Source: Candidatus Latescibacterota bacterium (lineage in GTDB: Bacteria; Latescibacterota; UBA2968; UBA8231). Taken from it: 64,000 bases of DNA. Numbering within the stretch: position 1 is the stretch's first letter; each line of letters starts with the position of its first letter. The notes below the pieces were generated by a model. It ran no database searches. It was not told the DNA's origin and worked only from the letters and a program-made list of their open reading frames with translations. Positions 55,941 to 64,000 of this stretch are shown piece by piece. The translations under genes were made by a program, and so were the position numbers. The stretch covers positions 864,001 through 928,000 of the forward strand of contig CBDFJF010000002.1 of assembly GCA_965248265.1 (NCBI GenBank), read 5' to 3'.

Positions 55941-55969
55941 TTGCCATACGCGAATACCTCATATATGCT
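55941..55969 (+). promoter_or_regulatory. sigma70 promoter TTGCCA-N17-TATGCT
   Basis: Canonical spacing, upstream of the AGGAG RBS of 55996. Confidence 0.55.
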
Positions 55970-55995
55970 GTACACAAACTCGATAGGAGATTGCC

Positions 55996-56238
55996 ATGCG
56001 TACCACCCTGATCATCCCAGACTCGATATATCATCGGGCAAAGCAGGCTGCCAGGGCACAAGGACGCACACTATCAGACATCGTCACAGAGGCCATGACA
56101 ATACACCTGGCACGCAACAAGCAGGAGGTTCAGTCAGGGACGGCGCTCTACAGAATCAAGCCAGTGTCGATGGGGGTCCAGCAAGTCGATGTCAATGATC
56201 GTGAGGCGCTTTCGCGAAGAATGGGCGAAGGGCAGTAG
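55996..56238 (+). CDS. Ribbon-helix-helix antitoxin-like protein (VapB-like)
   Basis: MRTTLIIPDSIYHRAKQAARAQGRTLSDIVTEAM; C-terminal VDVNDREAL. Confidence 0.78.
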   Translation: MRTTLIIPDSIYHRAKQAARAQGRTLSDIVTEAMTIHLARNKQEVQSGTALYRIKPVSMGVQQVDVNDREALSRRMGEGQ

Positions 56239-56288
56239 TTGGTCCGCGCCGAAGAATCGGATCACGACGCCCAAATAGAGCAGGATAA

Positions 56289-57557
56289 ATGACCACATTG
56301 AACGTAACCATCAACGGCACCGGTTTCGCCGCCGAATTCACCGCCGGCGCCTATGGGTTGATCCCGCACCAGAACGGCGTCGACATCAACCTGGCCGGGG
56401 TCTGCTCCGGACGCATCGAAAACGCCAGAAAATTCGCCGAAGCTCAAAGCGTGAACGCCGTCTTTGAATCGCACGCCCAGATGATCAAGTCAATCAAGCC
56501 GGACATCGACAACATCGTCAGTGCCAACCACACCCACGGCCCCTTCGTCATCGAAGCAGCACAGGGTGGCGCCAAGCTCGTCACCCTCGAGAAGCCGCCG
56601 GTCATCTGGCCCGGGTACGCGGAAGGCAGGGAGGCCTCGGCCGAAGTCCGCAAGCGCGAGTCAATGGAGTACCTGGCCACCGTCCTCGATGCCGTGCGCG
56701 CCAACGGCACCAAGCTCCTCTACGCCGAGAACTTCATCTACGTCAGTGCCGTCTTCGGCATGGTCAACATCCTGGAACAGGCGATGAAGACGGGCAAAGG
56801 CAAGATCCTGCATCAGTCCGGAGTCTGTGCCCACCAGGGATCACACGCCCCCGTCTACGACACACCTGCCCAGTCCGGCGGCGGCGCGCTGTTCAACAAG
56901 GCCTGTCATCCACTGGGTCCGACGCTGTACCTGAAACAGATCGAGGGACTCCTGCGCGATGGCAAGCCGATACGTCCGGCAAAGGTATCCGCCCTGGCGC
57001 TGCAGATCCTCAAGCATCAGCCCGAGTCTGCGGCCGAGCATTTCCGGGTGATGGAGAACGTCGATGACTTTTCCCGTATCACCGTCCTCTTCGAGGACCA
57101 GACCGTCGCCGAGGTCTACGGCTCCGATCTGTGTATCAGCGGCATCCGCGGCGAGGTCTCCGTGACCACGGACTTTGCCCAGTACGACATGCGGGTCAAT
57201 CCGCACAGCGGGACGGAGTTGTTCATGCCGAAGGGAGAGGCATCGGGGAATCTGCTGTTCAGAGAGAAGCTACCGACAACGCAGGGAACATCATACCCGA
57301 TGCCCAGGCAGGCGCTGGCCTTTGGTCATGTTGGCGAGATCGAGGATGCAGTGGCTTGCGTGCTGGATGAGACCCGCTATCCGCAGTCCGGTCCGATGAT
57401 GGCGTGGGACTCGATGGCGGTGCTGATGGCGGCTTATGAGTCGGCGGAGAAGGAATCGGCTTTTGTGGATATCAGTGAGTATGTTGAGGAGCGGGAGTTC
57501 GACGAGACAGAGATGCCTTCACCGGATGTTGTGGAGCATGTGTTTCAGACCATGTGA
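56289..57557 (+). CDS. Gfo/Idh/MocA family oxidoreductase
   Basis: INGTGFAA, NHTH, LEKP, YAEN, SGGGAL..ACH, VDD. Confidence 0.88.
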   Translation: MTTLNVTINGTGFAAEFTAGAYGLIPHQNGVDINLAGVCSGRIENARKFAEAQSVNAVFESHAQMIKSIKPDIDNIVSANHTHGPFVIEAAQGGAKLVTLEKPPVIWPGYAEGREASAEVRKRESMEYLATVLDAVRANGTKLLYAENFIYVSAVFGMVNILEQAMKTGKGKILHQSGVCAHQGSHAPVYDTPAQSGGGALFNKACHPLGPTLYLKQIEGLLRDGKPIRPAKVSALALQILKHQPESAAEHFRVMENVDDFSRITVLFEDQTVAEVYGSDLCISGIRGEVSVTTDFAQYDMRVNPHSGTELFMPKGEASGNLLFREKLPTTQGTSYPMPRQALAFGHVGEIEDAVACVLDETRYPQSGPMMAWDSMAVLMAAYESAEKESAFVDISEYVEEREFDETEMPSPDVVEHVFQTM

Positions 57558-57705
57558 ATGGCCGTTTTGTAGACCGAAGCAGGACTGCTTCACAAAACAA
57601 AGCAGTTTAAACTTCTCGCTCAACCAGCAATTCTGCGGCATGTTATTCGAATGAACGAGTAGCATGCCGCATCTGCGTACGGAGTGAAAAGGGGGAGTGC
57701 ATCTC

Positions 57706-59094
57706 ATGAAGCGCAAAGAGTACCCGATCGTTTTCGTCCACGGCTGGAACTTCAAAGAGAAAAAACGCAACAATACTACTTACTGCGGGTGGAATGATAC
57801 CGGGGACGGTATCGGGGGTATGATGGGCCGGCTGCGCAAGGAGGCCAATTCATTGCTAGGCCGTGGAGAGGCGAGGTACACGATTTCTCCACTGGTAACA
57901 GGCCAGGATGTCCAACTCAGCCCCAGGGCCAAGGACAAAAAGCGGACACTCTGGGCGATCAACTACTATGCGGGGGTGCAGACGGGCACTTACGCACTGG
58001 GCCTTCCGGGGTATGGTGCGTACGCGGCTCAGATCGTGCGTAAAATCTGCCGGATTACCAATTCTCCCAAGGTTAAGATTGTCAGTCACTCCATGGGCAC
58101 GGTGGTTTCGCGGTGGGCGATTCAGAAAGAGGGGATTGTCAGCCGGGTCGACACCTTCATAACCATGTGTGCGCCGAATAACGGGGCGAGGGCGGCCAAC
58201 AAAGGCAAGGCGTTGCTCGCCGTCCTCGACACCGTCCTCGGCCCACTACTCGACCTCAATGACGAGGACATGAAGTACCTGCAACCAAAATGGGTTAAAA
58301 GAAATCTGGGCGGCCGCTACCCGAAGGTCTGGTACCGAGGGCGCCGGGTAGGGTTGGCGGATGCTATCCCCCACTGCTTCTGTCTGATCGGCTGCGACGA
58401 CGACAGCATTCTCGGTTACGCGAGGGACGTGGTGTCGCTGAATGCTCCCGAGGGAGTGCCGTTCAATACCGGTGTGGCCAGTGACAGCATCGTGCGCCTC
58501 GACGAGGCCTACTACGATGGCGCAACGCGGATGTATGGTTATCGAGAGCACACCGACAAGATGGGACTCAACCATCGGCTCGAGGGGTTCGAGATGGTCA
58601 AGCGCTGTCTGTTCGGGGACAAGCTGGTGCGGATCACGCAGACCAAGGCCGAGATCAGTGATCCCCACGAAATGGTGTTCACCGAAGCAGAGTTTTGCTT
58701 CGAGTTCTCGGTGAGCTTACGCCGCGTGGGTAATCGAAAGTTTGGAGGGACCGTACTGCATGAAGTCAGCCGGCGCTGCGAAAACGCACCGACGATCAGG
58801 CGTAGAGTGCCATGGCGTGGATTGATTCAGATCAAGCGCGATCTACCCGTGTTCGAAGGGCCGATTATTACGCCATTGGCAAGAGCAGGACGGAGCCGGA
58901 GAGACAAATCCGTGCTGTTTGTACAGGTGCGTTGCCTGGAGCAGGATCCGGTCGGGGACGACACGGTGGGGGAGATGGAGAATAGCCGGGTGGATGTGTG
59001 GGTCAAGAATGAGGGCAATGAGACCAAGGAATTCTTCAAAGCGTTTGGGGATTGCATCGGGTGGTATTCGGTGGAGACGAGTGATATGGCGTGA
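57706..59094 (+). CDS. Alpha/beta hydrolase (lipase/esterase-like) with C-terminal beta domain
   Basis: PIVFVHG, IVSHSMG, ITMCAPNNG, SDSIV; GGGGGAG RBS. Confidence 0.8.
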   Translation: MKRKEYPIVFVHGWNFKEKKRNNTTYCGWNDTGDGIGGMMGRLRKEANSLLGRGEARYTISPLVTGQDVQLSPRAKDKKRTLWAINYYAGVQTGTYALGLPGYGAYAAQIVRKICRITNSPKVKIVSHSMGTVVSRWAIQKEGIVSRVDTFITMCAPNNGARAANKGKALLAVLDTVLGPLLDLNDEDMKYLQPKWVKRNLGGRYPKVWYRGRRVGLADAIPHCFCLIGCDDDSILGYARDVVSLNAPEGVPFNTGVASDSIVRLDEAYYDGATRMYGYREHTDKMGLNHRLEGFEMVKRCLFGDKLVRITQTKAEISDPHEMVFTEAEFCFEFSVSLRRVGNRKFGGTVLHEVSRRCENAPTIRRRVPWRGLIQIKRDLPVFEGPIITPLARAGRSRRDKSVLFVQVRCLEQDPVGDDTVGEMENSRVDVWVKNEGNETKEFFKAFGDCIGWYSVETSDMA

Positions 59095-59378
59095 TAGATG
59101 GTGGTTATGATTGGCCAACTAGGCGCTAAAAATATATACGCCGGAGTCATTTGTAATGGCGGCAGTGACATTCTCCTCTTTAACGAAATCCTGCTCCGAG
59201 CTTTGTAAATGGGGTCCCTATGCCATGGTGACGGGTATGTTCAAACCCGCCAATTGTCCAACACCTCTGCGAACGCGAGGCTACCGCAGCACTGGATCAC
59301 GCAAACATGAAATATCCTTGTCAACGCGCCGCCGTCGCTGTATCCACTCTATTCGGTCCAGTACGTGCGACTGGTGTT

Positions 59379-61893
59379 CTATGTCCTACCCACTTTCGCT
59401 ATTTCCTTCGCAAGCTGGATTGCGTGTTCCGTCGGACTACTTGGTGTCTTGCTGAACTCCAATTTGTCCGAACTTAGGAGGTCTGCCAACGTAGCCGCTG
59501 TCAATTTTTGCTCAGAATCTAGCACCTGTAAGAAATCTGCTCTCGAATCATAAAATGCTGCTAACCGCATGCTGTACCTGTACAGACTAACTAAGATCTG
59601 AACAAGAAACAGAAGCATCAACACCGAACCAACTTTCGTACTCAGAGTAGACACGATGAACGTTGTGGTATCCTGCTGCAAAGTCTCTTCAAACTCGATT
59701 TCTTTGTTCAGTACGATTCTCTGATTTTCTAAACTGAGGATCTGTCCAGGGATTCGGCTGAGTTCATCCTTCAGCGCAAACGTGTCCGGCCACGATTCCT
59801 CGTTTCCCTGCGGTTTCTCTCCTTTTCGAAACGAGTCAAGCACACTCTGATGCTCAATTTTGTCGATGTTTAGCCTGTTGACGTTTGTTTCAACGGTCCC
59901 AACCTCCTGAAATAGGTCCCTAATTCTTTCGGACGTTGCCTGCCGAACGCCTGTCTCAGCTCTTGCAAAAAGAAAAAAGCCATAGATGAGGACAGCGAAA
60001 ATCACAAAAAGAACTGTACGAGCAAGAAAGCGGACCTTGCGAGCTCTTGATCTGAGTTGTTTGATGACGAATTCGTATGTCGCATCCCCTATGCGACTGC
60101 TGTAGGAAGCACTCGGCAAAGTTATCTGCGAGATTCGTGCAAATCCTGAAATCAACACTCTCATTATGACGATTACCAAGAACAAAGCTTCGACTGAGGT
60201 AACGACTTCGGTTTTATAGAGAAATCCATCTGGAACGAAGTCCCAGCGGTAATTGCTGGCGACTGAGTGGCAAATCGCTATCAGCATCCACGCAGTAACG
60301 CCGTAAGCGCCACAATAGCAGTTTGTCAACATGTGCTCGCAAGCTATGCAGCCGATCGGTGAAGAATAGCGCTAAAGCTTGACTGGAGTCGGCGCTTATG
60401 TCGTCCATGCCGGCCGGCCGGCTCGCATTCTTAGGTTCATCCTTCGCATCTGTGGCCGCGGCCATGGGAGCTCGAAATCGCCACCTAACAGGGCCCACGA
60501 ACACGTACGCGAAATACAGGAGCAAAGCGATTGACAGAGTGGGAATCAGACGGAGCTCTAAAGAAGAGTTCACGAAACTAGAATCTGCCACCAAGTCCCC
60601 GAGCATGTAAGGGTATTCAGCGGGTTCCCAAACAACGTTGCCTAGCGCATCGTAGACTTTATCCCTCTCCATATGAAAACTTCTGCGGAGCGGCGCCCAC
60701 CCATACGGAATCGAGGACACTTCACCACGCCACTCGAAATCGTGGTAGCTGAACCATCGCGTTTGTGGTGTTCTCAGCCATTTTAAATTTCCCCAAGCGT
60801 CACCCGATAGTTCAGCATCATATGCCAGGTTGCGGTACACTTGATAGTACTCTGCATAAAGGAGACCGTCCTCCCCACGGTAGGCCGATTCTACCGCCCA
60901 CGCGGTGTCTGCGTCGATTGGAAATGCCAAATAAGGTACTCGAGTGACCGTCGGCTGCCGCCCGCCGTCGATTTCCAAAATCACAGGTACATGACCGGTT
61001 GAGATAGCGTCACCGATCAAATACAAGCCCGCGCTGGGGTCAAAGGAGTCGGAGTACGGTATGACGCCGTGTATGTCCGGAGCCGTCGCTTGCTGTGTCC
61101 AAGTGGAATCACCCAATAACCATACAGCAAGCGTGGAGTCACTTTCCTGCGCCCAGGCAACGACATTGTCTACGGCGGTGGCGACTGACGCATCCGCCGT
61201 CGGGCGTGCGAGATTGGTGAGGCGCCAGGAGTGGTCAACCTGTGTGGCGATGTAATCAGCAGTGTCGCCCAAGATAAAAAGTGCGTTTGGTCGGATTAAC
61301 TGCACACCATAAGCGGGCATGACGAAGTAACGGTTCTGACTATTGACCATCGGCAGATGCCGCCATTCCTGGTCTGGCCTCTTGTAGAAAAATGCGGCTG
61401 CGCCATCGACTTCGCCAATCGCCACTGTATTGTCTTCATTTCGCCACAGAGCGGCGATGGATTTCGCCGCAGGGATATAGTCTTCAAACCTTCCGCCGGT
61501 TTGTGTCCTGCCGCCGATGAAGCCCATGCGTTCGGTCGCGGGACCGATAACAGTTCCGAAGACGAATATGTTGCCAAGATGGTCTTCCGAAGACGTCTTT
61601 GACAAATAAAGCTCTCGCTCGAAATCTGCACTCAGTCCGACGGAGAAAAGAAGAGACGGGGTCAAGTGTATCGAACCTGATTCCCCGCGAAGCCGTCTAA
61701 AGGCCTGGCTCTGAGTGTCGTCAGACAGCGAGGCTATCTGTTGCGCAATAAATTCTGACTTGTCGCCGTCCACCCAGAATTGATATAACGGAGCAACGAA
61801 CCAGACGTAAGCAACAACAGTAATCACTATGTGCAGGAGCACCTGACCGATGTCAGGTTTCCGACGGACGAATGTCATCAATTGATGAGCCAT
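59379..61893 (-). pseudogene. Multi-TM membrane protein with a large extracytoplasmic domain, apparently split by a 1-nt frameshift near 60309
   Basis: ORFs 60214-61893 and 59379-60332 overlap by 119 nt; removing one base gives the continuous helix KLLLWAYGVTAWMLIAI; visibly lower GC than flanks. Confidence 0.6.
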
Positions 61894-62213
61894 CTCAAAT
61901 TCCTCGGGGTTGTAATCCGAGGTCCGCAGTGTCCAGTAAGCAGATGGGTACCAACCAACTGTCAGCAGCTCCCGGGTTCAGAATAGGCTGTACAATAAGA
62001 AATGGGCGAGCCGATGAACAGGTCGAAGACCCTCCGTGCCAGCACGCTTTACAGGTTTGCCAGCCGGCGTTAGTAGCGGAGAGCCAGTGCATTCTGACAC
62101 GTTGTCCGGATGGATTGCGGGTTAACCGATCTCGCGGACCAGAAACCAGCTTGCTGAATTCCAAGAGACATCCATTTGCTCTTTCTCCCGAAAGCATCCG
62201 CCAGCTCACACCG

Positions 62214-64000
62214 TCACGTCGAGTTGATTTCCCAACAGTTATGCATCCGCTTCCTGCGCACGAAGTCCTGCGGCAAGGTGGCAGCCGAGGTGTCCCTCGC
62301 CTGCAGGCCTGACAGACCGGATTCGTCAAACTCGAAGCGCCGGTAGTTGGTGGAGAACAGAAGCGTCCCACCCAGTGCTAGCAACCGCACCGCTTTGTGG
62401 ATCAATTCGACATGATCCCGCTGCACATCAAACTCGCGCTTCATGCGTCTCGAATTCGAAAACGTCGGCGGCTCCAGCCAAATCAAGTCAAAATCGGGGC
62501 GTTTATCACGGCCCCGCTCTTCCAGCCACTCAAAACACTCAGCTCGAATCAACTCATGATCTGCACCCGCATACCCGTTGAGTCCCAGATTACGCCGCGC
62601 CCAATCCAGGTAAGTCGTTGACATATCAACAGTAGTGGTGGACTTCGCCCCACCCGCGACAGCCCGAACTGTGGCAGCGCCAGTGTAGGCAAACAGATTG
62701 AGGAAGCGTCCACCTGCACTCCGTTGCTGTATCATGCGTCTGGTCAAACGCTGATCCAGAAACAAACCGGTATCCAAATAATCTGCGAAGTTGACCCAGA
62801 ACTGGCAGCCGTCTTCGGCGACCTGGAAGAATTTCTCCGTGGCACCCTGTTTTTCATACTGAGCCTTGCCTCTCTGTTGCCGGCGCATCTTGAAAAAGAC
62901 CTGGGACGCCGGCACCTCCAGCACCATTGCCACCGTCTCCAACCCTTCCTGACGACGACGGCTGGCCGCACCCGGGTCGACCGAGGCCGGACGCTCGTAT
63001 TCCTGCACATGCACCCAGCGCTCGTCTCCCTGGTAGATATCCACGGCGAATGCGTACTCGGGTAGGTCGGCGTCGTAGAGACGGTAACAGGTGATACCTT
63101 CACGTCGCGCCCAACGACCGGTAATGCGCAGGTTTTTGCGCAGGCGGTTGGCGAGCATTTCACTGCCGGCGCTTGAGTTCGGGGGTGCAATCGGCTGCGC
63201 CTGTTGCGTAGTCTCAACCTTCTGCACCTGAGGCGGGGCAGCAGCCGCCGAACCGATCGAAAAACACAAGAGCCGGCACTTGATCGGCCCGTTATACAGC
63301 GAATAGCTCCGGTGTGGTCGCAGGTGCAGTGCGCCTGCCAGTTTGGGATTGCCCGTGAGTACGGCGGCCTTCCAGTCACCGAAGTGAGTTTTCAGCGTTG
63401 CGCCGAGTCGGGTGTACAGGGGTTCAATCTCTTTTTGATCTCCAAGTCGTTCGCCGTAAGGCGGGTTTGCGATAAACAACCCGGAAGCATCACCAACACC
63501 GCACTTCCTCGCGTCAGCCAGTTCACCCTGAGTGACCTGCACTTTGCCTCCCAATCCCGCCCGCTCCGCATTCTGTTTGGTGATGCGCACAGCATCGGGA
63601 TCCCGGTCATAGCCGGCAATCGGTACCAAGTTTGGTAGTCCTGCTTCCCGGCGCGTCCTGGCCTCGTCCATCAAGGCTGCCCACACGGTGGCATCGAAGC
63701 CTTTCCACCCCTTGAACCCGAAGTAGGGCCGCCTCAAACCCGGAGCGATGTCGGCCGCTATCATGGCAGCTTCGATACACAGCGTCCCCGAGCCACACAT
63801 CGGATCGACCAACCCGCCCCCATTCGCCGCAATCTCGGGCCAGCCTGCCCGTGTGAGTATTGCTGCCGCCAGGTTCTCCTTGAGCGGTGCCTGGCCGCCT
63901 TCGCGGCGGTATCCCCGCCGATGCAGACTTTCGCCAGCCAGGTCGATGGCCAGGCGAGCTTCGTTGCGGTAGAGGTAGAGATTCACTCGCACGTGGGGTC
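62214..64000 (-). CDS. rlmL: Bifunctional 23S rRNA methyltransferase RlmKL, 5' part outside window
   Basis: GESLHRRGYR, APLKENLAAA, DPMCGSGT, NPPYGERL, YRLYDADLPEY, DYLDTGLFLD, FLNLFAYTG, PPTFSNS. Confidence 0.95.
   Translation of the reverse strand, partial: PHVRVNLYLYRNEARLAIDLAGESLHRRGYRREGGQAPLKENLAAAILTRAGWPEIAANGGGLVDPMCGSGTLCIEAAMIAADIAPGLRRPYFGFKGWKGFDATVWAALMDEARTRREAGLPNLVPIAGYDRDPDAVRITKQNAERAGLGGKVQVTQGELADARKCGVGDASGLFIANPPYGERLGDQKEIEPLYTRLGATLKTHFGDWKAAVLTGNPKLAGALHLRPHRSYSLYNGPIKCRLLCFSIGSAAAAPPQVQKVETTQQAQPIAPPNSSAGSEMLANRLRKNLRITGRWARREGITCYRLYDADLPEYAFAVDIYQGDERWVHVQEYERPASVDPGAASRRRQEGLETVAMVLEVPASQVFFKMRRQQRGKAQYEKQGATEKFFQVAEDGCQFWVNFADYLDTGLFLDQRLTRRMIQQRSAGGRFLNLFAYTGAATVRAVAGGAKSTTTVDMSTTYLDWARRNLGLNGYAGADHELIRAECFEWLEERGRDKRPDFDLIWLEPPTFSNSRRMKREFDVQRDHVELIHKAVRLLALGGTLLFSTNYRRFEFDESGLSGLQARDTSAATLPQDFVRRKRMHNCWEINST

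Noticed and set aside
1-64000. tRNA, rRNA, IS elements, prophage genes
   Set aside because: No cloverleaf, rRNA signature, transposase, integrase or phage structural motif recognised by eye; tRNAscan/ISEScan not run

Overview
GC-rich bacterial window with no rRNA, tRNA, CRISPR array or transposase that I can see. A FlgD-Ig/T9SS-like C-terminal tail and an EF-hand/dockerin-like motif on a secreted collagenase suggest a Latescibacterota/Gemmatimonadota-like, FCB-adjacent lineage (inference only). Layout: (1) signalling cluster with a likely sigma54/IHF promoter (1-6787); (2) five-gene DUF11 operon ending in a large outer-membrane beta-barrel (6.9-19.5 kb); (3) purM, 3-hydroxyacyl-CoA dehydrogenase, GH127-like protein, ugd, PHP hydrolase, an amber-interrupted Omp85-type gene, an epimerase and a beta-propeller protein; (4) a divergent isoprenoid-modifying locus (29-44 kb): geranylgeranyl-reductase-like enzyme, pentaheme-TPR protein and CRTAC1 lipoprotein on the minus strand, and a KKKAP-repeat protein, hypothetical protein, polyprenyl synthase, tandem acetoacetate-decarboxylase-like protein and carotenoid-desaturase-like flavoprotein on the plus strand; (5) 7TMR-DISM phosphatase, KAP NTPase, two duplicated sigma54-driven coiled-coil membrane proteins, cupin/PhyH genes, M9 collagenase, orphan antitoxin, oxidoreductase, alpha/beta hydrolase, a lower-GC frameshifted membrane gene and partial rlmKL. 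Best candidates for an undescribed system: the DUF11 operon, whose subunits show complementary missing and extra Asn-bearing strands consistent with a donor-strand, isopeptide-crosslinked pilus exported by its own barrel; and the uncharacterised polyprenyl/ADC/desaturase cluster. All family assignments come from motif recognition, not database searches.
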